From assembly GCA_003551705.1 (NCBI GenBank), contig PUNJ01000020.1, positions 17,128 to 81,127 on the forward strand: a stretch of DNA of 64,000 nucleotides, in the 5' to 3' direction. Under the pieces are notes generated by a model. The model did no database searches and had not been told where the DNA came from. It saw only the letters and a list, made by a program, of their open reading frames with translations. The position numbers and the translations under genes were made by a program. The first letter of the stretch is position 1. Each line of letters begins with the position of its first letter. This stretch comes from Chloroflexota bacterium (GTDB lineage: Bacteria; Chloroflexota; Dehalococcoidia; UBA2247; RBG-13-53-26). This document shows positions 28,657 to 36,517 of this stretch, piece after piece.

Positions 28657-28872
28657 ATGGGAGATAACCTTTGCGGAGTATGTCAGAAGAAGGAAACAGA
28701 AGCTACATGCAAAGTCTGCGGCGTGGCACTGTGCGCTGAATGTGTCCGTGAAGTCAGCGTAGAAAATCCAGGCCAACGGGTGCTTGGTGTGCTGACCAGT
28801 CCTCTCAAGTCAGGCACGAAGAAACAGAAGGTCTGTGCGACCTGTATGAAGGAAGTCGATTTCGTCGATTAG
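28657..28872 (+). CDS. 4xCxxC zinc-ribbon miniprotein; copy 1
   Basis: 71 aa with CxxC pairs at residues 6/9, 18/21, 26/29, 60/63. GGGAGG SD. Conserved paralogue at 32907..33128 in the same relative position. Confidence 0.65.
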   Translation: MGDNLCGVCQKKETEATCKVCGVALCAECVREVSVENPGQRVLGVLTSPLKSGTKKQKVCATCMKEVDFVD

Positions 28873-28955
28873 GTGCTTCCGCTTGCTGCTGAAAGACTTC
28901 CGTTCGTATGCGTTAACGCTTGGGCTAAGTATCGATAAGTCGGAGGATAAGAGCT

Positions 28956-31445
28956 GTGAAAGATAATAACAGAATTGCTCACGTCGGGTCCCTGGAAGTC
29001 AACATAGGCGACGTAGTTCGCGACCCCAGGGGGCACGAAGACGAAATCGTTGAAATACTGGAGAACGATTTTGTTGAAGGTCGACATAGCAACTTCGGTG
29101 GATGGATTACCCTCCTGCCGGATGCCATTGATCTGGCGGAACTCGATTATTCATACCTTAACAAATACCCGCCTCTCTATTCAGAGAGCGAGAGCACTTG
29201 CCGGGACTGCAGTCTGGGAGATTGCGATCTTAGCCAGCGTGCGGGAAAATGCGGACTCAGCGCCGAATCCTTCCAGGGGAGACTGAGCCTGCGAAAGGCC
29301 TGCCGCGGTTGCATGACTCAAATTACTGCAACCCGTCAGTTGCTTAATTACGCCCTCAAACGCTGGCCGGAGGATACCCCAGTCTCCATGGGCGAGATCC
29401 TTAGCATATCCGATAGTGCCCCAGCTATCACCGTTCTCTCCGGCATCTTGATCAAGACCATAAAGGACCTCAACAGGGCCCAGTCCTATGCGGAGCAGCA
29501 GCTAGCCAGGCTGTTCCAGGCCAGTTTCAACGGGACCGGCACGGCGGTTGAATTCGAGAGCATGGTCTTGCACACCGGCTCGGTACTATTGCTGACCATG
29601 GGCGTAGCAGAGATGCTGAAGATCTCCTGCTACGGATTCATCAGTGCAGCAAACGAGGAGTTGGAAGTCATCGACCAGTTCCCAGCCCCCAGCGTGAAAG
29701 GCGGATGGGCTTCCGTCGACAACAGCAAACCGTCGATTGCATTCGAAGGAGATGACTTTCTTCCCGCCTGGTGCGCACTGGACTACATGAAACAGCAAGA
29801 CCTGCTCGGTCAGATAGAGATCTGCGGCCTGGGCTCAGCCGGCGATGACATCGCCAGGTTCCATGACCAGTGCCGCGTTCTGGGTCCAGCCGTGAGAGCC
29901 ACCAAGGCCATCCGAAACGGTGTATTCAACGTAGTCGTCCTCAGCCCGGGCTGTACTCCGCAAGATCTGCTCGGTGAGGTCGAGCGAGCCGGCAGCAAGG
30001 CCATATGGGTTGGCAGCAACGGCATCGGCAATTTGCGCGACAGAACGGACGAGACCGTCGATAGCATAGTTGCCGCGCTGGCTGCCGGAGAGAAGGCCGT
30101 CTGGGTCCGCGATGTGGAAAAGGCAGGCGAGGTGGCTGTCAAGGCTGCACAGACCATCGCCAAATCCAAGTCCAGCCTGACGTCCGAAGATGACGCTGTC
30201 AAGGCTGCCGCAAGCCACGACAAGAACTGTGACCTCTGTACCCTGGTCTGTCCTCTTAATCTTCCTGTTGCCAAGGCCGTAAAGGGACTGGAAACAGGCG
30301 ATTGGACAGCGATGCTTGAAGTGGAGAAAGCGTGCAACTTCTGCGGCAAGTGTGAAGATGCGTGCCCCAGCAAGTTGGAATTACGTGACATCATTGTCGC
30401 CGCCGAAAGAAGACAGGCTGACAAAGACAAATTCGTTATGCGACCGGGTCGCGGTCCAATTTCGATCACCGAATTGCTGCAGTCAGCGTTTGCCGTGGGT
30501 TGGGGCAGCATTCCAGCCATGGTTACCCTATTCGGGTGCGGTGACGCTCCGCAGGAAGAGATAGCCTGGATGGCTGATGAATTGTTGAAAGGTGGATGCA
30601 TGGTCTTCACTGCAGGGTGTGGCGCCTCCGATATAGCGCACTCCTACAGCGAAATGAAGAAGAAATACGTATTCGAGGAATACGCAGCCACCTGCGCAGC
30701 CAGAAACCTGGTGAACTGCGGCAGTTGCTCGGCCATGTGTCATGCACTGCCCATGTACCTGATGTTGAGGCCCTCCGGAGGGATTCCGCTGTACGGCGGA
30801 ATTCCACCCCTGGGTGATTCCATCAATCTTGGCGGCGCCCAGTCATTAATAATATGGGGCTCCATGTCCGACCGCATGTACGCCATGGCAGCGGCCTGGG
30901 CACGACTCGGTTCCACCGTTATCGTGGGTCCCTCATCATCGCTCAAGTGGCCTCGCTCCCTGGTGGGCAACAGGTATGATCGCAGCCGCTGGTGGGTACA
31001 TCACGGTGAGACGGCAAAGAAGCGCGAAACTGAGCCCGTCCCCGAACACCTCATCATGCCGGTTGAGACAAAAGAGGAAGCGCTGACCATGCTGGCGCGG
31101 TCGGTCCTGACCGTGAAGGACTATCGTGAAAGCCGCGCCACGCACCTGGAAGTCTTGATTGATTACTATGACCGCTTCTATAATGAGTTGCCGGCTGACT
31201 GGCCGTTGCTGGTAAGGTCTGACTTCGAACTGCCACCCCGCTACAGAAGATACATGGTCAGATTGCTGGGCGAGGAATATGGTTGGGAAACCGAAGGAAT
31301 GCGGATCAAGCAGGCCAAGCACCGGGACGGCAAGCTCATGACACTGTCAGAGTTTGCGGCCAATTACGGCATGGAGCAAGGCATCTACAGTACCCGGCTG
31401 AAGAGCCAGTTGCCCCTACGCCTCAGAGACAAGGTAGAGGAATAG
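28956..31445 (+). CDS. cdhA: CO dehydrogenase catalytic subunit-like protein, archaeal CdhA type with ferredoxin-like insertion; copy 1
   Basis: 829 aa. N-terminal CxxCxxxxC...C Fe-S motif. Inserted 2x[4Fe-4S] ferredoxin segment (NCDLCTLVCP / CNFCGKCEDACP) as in archaeal alpha subunits. C-terminal Cys cluster (GCG..., NCGSC). Sits in a cdhC/cooC context. Confidence 0.6.
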   Translation: MKDNNRIAHVGSLEVNIGDVVRDPRGHEDEIVEILENDFVEGRHSNFGGWITLLPDAIDLAELDYSYLNKYPPLYSESESTCRDCSLGDCDLSQRAGKCGLSAESFQGRLSLRKACRGCMTQITATRQLLNYALKRWPEDTPVSMGEILSISDSAPAITVLSGILIKTIKDLNRAQSYAEQQLARLFQASFNGTGTAVEFESMVLHTGSVLLLTMGVAEMLKISCYGFISAANEELEVIDQFPAPSVKGGWASVDNSKPSIAFEGDDFLPAWCALDYMKQQDLLGQIEICGLGSAGDDIARFHDQCRVLGPAVRATKAIRNGVFNVVVLSPGCTPQDLLGEVERAGSKAIWVGSNGIGNLRDRTDETVDSIVAALAAGEKAVWVRDVEKAGEVAVKAAQTIAKSKSSLTSEDDAVKAAASHDKNCDLCTLVCPLNLPVAKAVKGLETGDWTAMLEVEKACNFCGKCEDACPSKLELRDIIVAAERRQADKDKFVMRPGRGPISITELLQSAFAVGWGSIPAMVTLFGCGDAPQEEIAWMADELLKGGCMVFTAGCGASDIAHSYSEMKKKYVFEEYAATCAARNLVNCGSCSAMCHALPMYLMLRPSGGIPLYGGIPPLGDSINLGGAQSLIIWGSMSDRMYAMAAAWARLGSTVIVGPSSSLKWPRSLVGNRYDRSRWWVHHGETAKKRETEPVPEHLIMPVETKEEALTMLARSVLTVKDYRESRATHLEVLIDYYDRFYNELPADWPLLVRSDFELPPRYRRYMVRLLGEEYGWETEGMRIKQAKHRDGKLMTLSEFAANYGMEQGIYSTRLKSQLPLRLRDKVEE

Positions 31446-31517
31446 ATTTCGGCCCGATTGTTACGTCGATAAAGTAATCGTTCTGAAACCCGGTTACAAC
31501 GTGGGAAGGGGGAAAGC

Positions 31518-32885
31518 ATGGCTGTACCTGAAGAAGAAGCAGTCTCTAAATTGCCGGCCGGAAGGATCTTTCAGTTACCCACAGATCTGGACCATCTCTG
31601 GGACGGCCTGGACGACATAGGCCTGGGACTGCGATGGCTCAGCGAGGTCAAGAAAGCCGATATGCACCTTGAGTTGGGGGGGCCCAAATGGGACTACAAG
31701 ATGTTCTCCGTCTTCTACATTGAAGAGGATCCTGAGAAGGTCCCGGATGGCCAGGTCAAGCTCATAGGGCCGGATATCCCAGAAGTCAAGCCGGGAACTT
31801 CCTTGCCGGGGGGATTCACCATCAGGATCTACGGCAAAGAACTTACACAAGCCCATCAGGGTTATGTTTCACGCCAGATTGGCACCGCCCTTCAGGGTCT
31901 TGAAGGTTTCATGCTCTTCGGCTCACCTGACAGTCTCTGGATAAGGATAAACAAAGACGTGGCCGACAGGCTCACCTTTGCAAAGATATCGCAATTTTGT
32001 TATGCGACTGCCAAGACCCTGGTACCTCAAGTTGACGCCGTGTCCTTCTTCTGGGTAATAGGAGATCCGGAGGTAGGCGGTGTAGAGATGGTCAACCCCG
32101 TTTTCGAATGGGCTTCCGAGAAGTTTAAAGTCATCAGTGCCAAGGAACTGTACGACGACGAAGATGTAGACATGTTCTACGGCTGCACCATCTGCAAGTC
32201 ACTGGCGCCTAACCACGCATGCGTGCTGACACCCAGCGCCCTGCCTTACTGCGGTATCATCGGCTATGACTCTGCCAAGGTAACAGCCGAAATGGACCCC
32301 GAGGGCTACGTATTCCCCATCCCCAAAGGCGAATGTCTCGACCCAGAAGCTGGTCACTATACCGGCGTGGACGAGGCTATCTGGGAGAAATGCAATCATT
32401 TGGTGAACCGCGTCCACATCTACAGCAGTATCAAGTACCCGACCACGAATTGCGGGTGCTTCGAAGCCGCTTCCTTCTATATTCCTGACGTGGACGGCAT
32501 CGGTCTCGCCATGAGACGTTATACGAAAATGACCCCGCTTGGCATCAAATTCTCAACCCTGGCTGGCACCATTTCCGGGGGTGCCCAGAACCATGGGTTC
32601 AAGGGGCTTTCCATAGCAGGTATGTCCAGCCCGAACTTTCTCAGAGGAGATGGTGGCTGGAACCGGGTTGTCTGGATGCCGTCCGACCTCAAGGAGGAAA
32701 TAGCGGATGTCATACCTGAGGAGCTTTACGACAAGTTAGTCACGGATGAAGAGACTGTGGATGCCGCTGAGCTCAAGCAATTACTTATTGAACGCGGACA
32801 CCCTATAACGGAGGTGTTCTGGAAGAACGGGGAACCGCAACCGTTGCAGATACCTCTTCCAGGCGAGGACTGGCCCGAGGAATAA
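31518..32885 (+). CDS. cdhC: acetyl-CoA synthase (A-cluster) subunit, CdhC type; copy 2
   Basis: Same C-x2-C-x8-C-x9-C ... CGC (TNCGCFEA) arrangement. Paralogue of 27277..28641. GGGGG SD. Confidence 0.8.
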   Translation: MAVPEEEAVSKLPAGRIFQLPTDLDHLWDGLDDIGLGLRWLSEVKKADMHLELGGPKWDYKMFSVFYIEEDPEKVPDGQVKLIGPDIPEVKPGTSLPGGFTIRIYGKELTQAHQGYVSRQIGTALQGLEGFMLFGSPDSLWIRINKDVADRLTFAKISQFCYATAKTLVPQVDAVSFFWVIGDPEVGGVEMVNPVFEWASEKFKVISAKELYDDEDVDMFYGCTICKSLAPNHACVLTPSALPYCGIIGYDSAKVTAEMDPEGYVFPIPKGECLDPEAGHYTGVDEAIWEKCNHLVNRVHIYSSIKYPTTNCGCFEAASFYIPDVDGIGLAMRRYTKMTPLGIKFSTLAGTISGGAQNHGFKGLSIAGMSSPNFLRGDGGWNRVVWMPSDLKEEIADVIPEELYDKLVTDEETVDAAELKQLLIERGHPITEVFWKNGEPQPLQIPLPGEDWPEE

Positions 32886-32906
32886 TTCCTGATCGGGGGT
32901 TGAATC

Positions 32907-33128
32907 ATGTCGGAGAATCTTTGTGGAGTTTGCCAGAAGATGGCCGCTCAATGGACCTGCCAGGAGTGCAAAGTGGCACTATGCGAGCAGTGTGTAAAGG
33001 AAGTGCGCATAGAGTCCACCAGACCAGGTCAGAGGATGATGGGAAGGGTTACGAGCCCCATGAAGTCAGGGGTGAAGAAGATCAAGGTCTGTGACAAGTG
33101 CTTCAGGGAAAAGGAGTTTCTGGGATAG
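32907..33128 (+). CDS. 4xCxxC zinc-ribbon miniprotein; copy 2
   Basis: 73 aa. Cys positions conserved with the 28657..28872 miniprotein. Confidence 0.65.
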   Translation: MSENLCGVCQKMAAQWTCQECKVALCEQCVKEVRIESTRPGQRMMGRVTSPMKSGVKKIKVCDKCFREKEFLG

Positions 33129-33141
33129 CAGCCGAGGAGGC

Positions 33142-35628
33142 ATGATGGATGATAACAAGTATGCTCAAGTCGGCCCTCATCGGGTTGACATTGGTGAGGT
33201 AGTCCGCGACCCACGCGGTATTGAGGATATCGTCAAAGAAATCCTTGAAAAGGACTTCGTTGAGAGTCGCTACGCTCAGTTTGGAGCCCACCTTAATATT
33301 CTGCCTGACGCTGCTGACATTGCCGACTGGGACCATACACTCCTGTCCAGGTATGAACCACTGTATATGCTTTCGGCGCATATTTGCAGGGATTGCACTT
33401 CAGGTCCCTGTAACCTGAATAGTGCCAGCGGGGTGTGCGGACTGGAAGGAGATGTCCTCAAGGCAAAGCTAAGCCTCCGAAAGGCTTGTCGCGGCTGCCT
33501 GGTGCAGATGATCACCAGCCGTGATATTGTCAACTACTCACTGAAGATCTTTGGTCAGGACCACCCCTGCAGCATGGGCGAGTTGCTCACCATGTCCGAT
33601 CACTGCCCGCCCATAGGCACACTCAGCGGTATTCATGTTAAGTCGCTTAACGACTTGGACCGTGTGCTCGCCTATGCCGAATCACAGTTGAGCAAGCTCT
33701 TCCAGGCAAGCTTCACCGGCACGGGAACGGTCAACGATTTCGAGAGCATGGTCATGCACGCCGGCTCCGTCCTGCTGCTGGCCATGGGCGTGGCAGAAAT
33801 GGCCAAGGTCTCTTGTTTCGGGTTTGTTTCAGCCGCCAACCACCAGATAGACCAGCTCGACAACTTTCCGCCCGCCACCTCCGCCGTGGGATGGGCCGCT
33901 ATTGAAAAGGACAAACCCGTGGTGGCCTTCGTCGGCGACAGCTTCCTTCCGGCATGGACCGCAATCCAGCATATGCGGGAAAATGAACAGGTAGAAGCAA
34001 TTGAGGTATGCGGAGTAGGACCGGCAGCGGACGATATAATCAGATTTTATGACAAAGGCAGGGTTATCGGTCCCATGACCCGAGCGGCCCGTGCCATACG
34101 GAACGGTGTCTTTAACGTGGTAGTAGCCGGACCGGGCTGCATACCGCAAGACCTGTTCACAGAATCCGAGCGGGCCAACAGCAAGTTCATCTGGACCGGC
34201 CCCAATGGCGTAAGCAAACTCAAGGACAGAACTGACGACTCCGTCGACAAGATGGTAGCTGACTTGCTAAAGGGAGAGTCGGGAATCTGGATCAGGGATG
34301 TTGAGAAAGCCGGTCAAGTCGCCGTTAGGCTGGCAGGTTCGCTTGGTCCCAACAAGAGTGTATTCGCTCTGGACGACCAAGATGCGGCAAGGCTTGCCTC
34401 GAAGTGCTCTGAGAAGTGCGACCTGTGTTTTTACGCCTGCCCCAACAGCTTGCAGGTCCCCAAAGCTGTAAGAGGGATTGCCGGAGGAGATTGGGCAACC
34501 ATGGCCGGGTTGGAGAAGGGTTGTTATTTCTGTGGCAAGTGCGAGGAAGCCTGTCCTGAAAACGTCCAGGTCCGCGATCTTGTGGTCGCCGCTGAAAGGA
34601 AGAAGGCAGAACAAGACAACTCCGTGATGAGAGCAGGCAGAGGACCCCTCCCCCTGACTGAGATCCTCCAGTCCGCCTTCTCCATGGTCTGGGGCAATGC
34701 ACCCGGCATCGTGGTCCTGGCAGGTTGCGGCGACGCCGATCGCGATGAAATCGGCTGGTTGGCCCACGAATTGACCCGTCGCAACTGCATTGTCTTTCTG
34801 GCCGGATGCGGCGCTGCCGAAATCGCCCGCAATTACCAGGACAAGAAGGGCAAGCATATATTCGAGCTCTACACATCCTCCATTGAGCCGAGATCCCTAA
34901 TTAACTGCGGTGGATGCGCAGCGATTTCCCTGGCCAACAACATGTACATGTACGCCAGGGCTGCTGGAGGAATACCGCTATATGGTGGTATCCCAGAGGT
35001 AGGCGAGGGCTCTTTGTACACCACCTTCTCACTCTTGTTATGGGGTTCTCTGCCGGAGAGAATGCATGCTGTTGCAGCAGGCTACGCCAGACTGGGCGTC
35101 AGGGTGGTGATGGGCCCCAACTCGGGCTGGAACTGGGGCAGATATCTGCCAGGTAACCGCTACGATAGAAGCAAATGGTTCGTGTACCACGGCGATGACG
35201 GCCGCAAGCGAGAGACCGAGCCCATACCTGAGCATCTTATTATCCCTGTCGAGACCAAGGAAGAGGCCCTGACCATGATCCCGAGGACGTTCTTCAGCAC
35301 ATCGGAGATGCGGGAGGGCCGCGCCGCCCGCTTGGACTTCTTCTTCGAACTCTACAGGTTGTTCTATGGCGAGCTGCCCGAGGACTGGCAGCTCTTTATA
35401 CGCTCCCATCTTGATATACCGACCAGGCACAGGATCCGCTTGATCAAGCTGCTTGACGAGGAGTTCGGCTGGGAAGGGGCTGGCATAAAACTCAATAAGG
35501 CCAGGAACAGGGACGGCAAGTTGCTGACGCTTTCGGAATTCAATACCAGCTACGGTATGGAGCTGGGCCGGTACCACTGCCGTTTGGAGAGACTGCTGCC
35601 CAAACACCTGCGCAAGAAGGACGGGTAA
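33142..35628 (+). CDS. cdhA: CO dehydrogenase catalytic subunit-like protein, CdhA type; copy 2
   Basis: Paralogue of 28956..31445 with the same N-terminal Cys motif, ferredoxin-like insertion (KCDLCFYACP / CYFCGKCEEACP) and C-terminal Cys cluster. Start at ATG just after GAGGAGG. Confidence 0.6.
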   Translation: MMDDNKYAQVGPHRVDIGEVVRDPRGIEDIVKEILEKDFVESRYAQFGAHLNILPDAADIADWDHTLLSRYEPLYMLSAHICRDCTSGPCNLNSASGVCGLEGDVLKAKLSLRKACRGCLVQMITSRDIVNYSLKIFGQDHPCSMGELLTMSDHCPPIGTLSGIHVKSLNDLDRVLAYAESQLSKLFQASFTGTGTVNDFESMVMHAGSVLLLAMGVAEMAKVSCFGFVSAANHQIDQLDNFPPATSAVGWAAIEKDKPVVAFVGDSFLPAWTAIQHMRENEQVEAIEVCGVGPAADDIIRFYDKGRVIGPMTRAARAIRNGVFNVVVAGPGCIPQDLFTESERANSKFIWTGPNGVSKLKDRTDDSVDKMVADLLKGESGIWIRDVEKAGQVAVRLAGSLGPNKSVFALDDQDAARLASKCSEKCDLCFYACPNSLQVPKAVRGIAGGDWATMAGLEKGCYFCGKCEEACPENVQVRDLVVAAERKKAEQDNSVMRAGRGPLPLTEILQSAFSMVWGNAPGIVVLAGCGDADRDEIGWLAHELTRRNCIVFLAGCGAAEIARNYQDKKGKHIFELYTSSIEPRSLINCGGCAAISLANNMYMYARAAGGIPLYGGIPEVGEGSLYTTFSLLLWGSLPERMHAVAAGYARLGVRVVMGPNSGWNWGRYLPGNRYDRSKWFVYHGDDGRKRETEPIPEHLIIPVETKEEALTMIPRTFFSTSEMREGRAARLDFFFELYRLFYGELPEDWQLFIRSHLDIPTRHRIRLIKLLDEEFGWEGAGIKLNKARNRDGKLLTLSEFNTSYGMELGRYHCRLERLLPKHLRKKDG

Positions 35629-35631
35629 GGC

Positions 35632-36126
35632 CTAGTCGTCGTCATCTCGAGGTTCAGCCTTGACGAGATCAAGTGCCTCGAAGGGACACCTGTCGGCACA
35701 GACGCCGCAGAGATCCAGACTCTTGTCCGACCGCTTGCAACTTGGGGCATTGATTACGTGCAGGCTGCCGTTGATGACCTGGAGCACCTCAGGTACCGTT
35801 TCCCGCTTGGAGAGCCGGCCTCCTATAGTGACCGTTGTCAACGCCCTGCCGCATGCCAGCACACAGTCCCCACAGCCTGTACACCTTGTCCGGTCTATGA
35901 CATGATCAGTGCCCGGTATCCTCTCGCCCTCTCCCAGAAACCCCTTCAAGGTCTTCAAGGCATCGGCTTGTTCCGGCTCCTGAAGAGGAGGACAATCATT
36001 CAATGTCCGGTCCCGGCTGATGAGATCGAAGGCAAAGGAATAGCAGGTTGGGCAGCCGCATAGCTTGCAATTGGTCCGCGGCAGGAAGCGGTAGATGTGA
36101 AGCGGTTGGACTTCTTTCCTACTCAT
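35632..36126 (-). CDS. poly-Fe-S protein (N-terminal CxxxCxCxxC plus 2x[4Fe-4S] ferredoxin domain)
   Basis: Motifs CTGCGDCVLACG and CGVCADRCP. Start set at the ATG that overlaps the upstream stop (ATGA coupling) with a G-rich SD. Last gene of the minus-strand operon. Confidence 0.55.
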   Translation of the reverse strand: MSRKEVQPLHIYRFLPRTNCKLCGCPTCYSFAFDLISRDRTLNDCPPLQEPEQADALKTLKGFLGEGERIPGTDHVIDRTRCTGCGDCVLACGRALTTVTIGGRLSKRETVPEVLQVINGSLHVINAPSCKRSDKSLDLCGVCADRCPFEALDLVKAEPRDDDD

Positions 36127-36517
36127 GATCCGCCCCAGGCAGGATTTCGTTAAGGGGAGTCGGTGCTTTCGTCGACACTGCTGCAACGACGCCTATTAAG
36201 CTCAGACCGGCCGCAGTCATGTGCTCCACGTCCGCCAACAGGTAACCCGTGTAAAGGCTGGCCGGCATGACACCTGTGCCTGCCTCAATCGTCTTCTCTC
36301 CTCTTGCTTCAACAACGATATGGGAAACCTCGCTTCGCAACGAAATTGCTCCCCCATCGGCTAAGCCCATCTTCTTCATGTCTGCCGGCGATAATCTGAC
36401 AATGGCAGCCAGTTTCTGGTACGCATCACCCCAGCCATGCTTCTGCCTGGCAATATCTAAGTGGATGTCGCTATAAGTGAGTATCGTCAAGGGCAGTCCG
36501 TCCATTTCCGGGGTCAT
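36119..36517 (-). CDS. FwdD/molybdopterin-dinucleotide-binding-domain-like small subunit
   Basis: 132 aa, size and position typical of FwdD-type C-terminal molybdopterin-binding domains split from FwdB. GGAGGG SD. Stop/start overlaps on both sides. Confidence 0.4.
   Translation of the reverse strand: MTPEMDGLPLTILTYSDIHLDIARQKHGWGDAYQKLAAIVRLSPADMKKMGLADGGAISLRSEVSHIVVEARGEKTIEAGTGVMPASLYTGYLLADVEHMTAAGLSLIGVVAAVSTKAPTPLNEILPGADHE

Larger units (their letters stand above)
27277..35628 (+). repeat. tandem duplication of a three-gene module [cdhC-like, Zn-ribbon, cdhA-like] (about 4.2 kb each)
   Basis: Gene order and protein motifs are repeated; paralogues clearly diverged; no mobile-element genes. 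Confidence 0.8.

Noticed and set aside
26154-35607. Multiple 100-290-aa antisense ORFs within the SDR, cdhC-like and cdhA-like genes (e.g. 26154..27017, 29810..30610, 34267..34876, 35038..35607)
   Set aside because: All are minus-strand shadows of strongly supported + strand genes; proline/arginine-rich nonsense translations.
20574-35628. Possibility that the tandem duplications (mutase pairs; cdhC-ZnR-cdhA modules) are mobile-element driven
   Set aside because: No transposase, integrase, IS inverted repeats or direct-repeat target duplications were seen. The paralogues are substantially diverged, indicating old tandem gene duplications.
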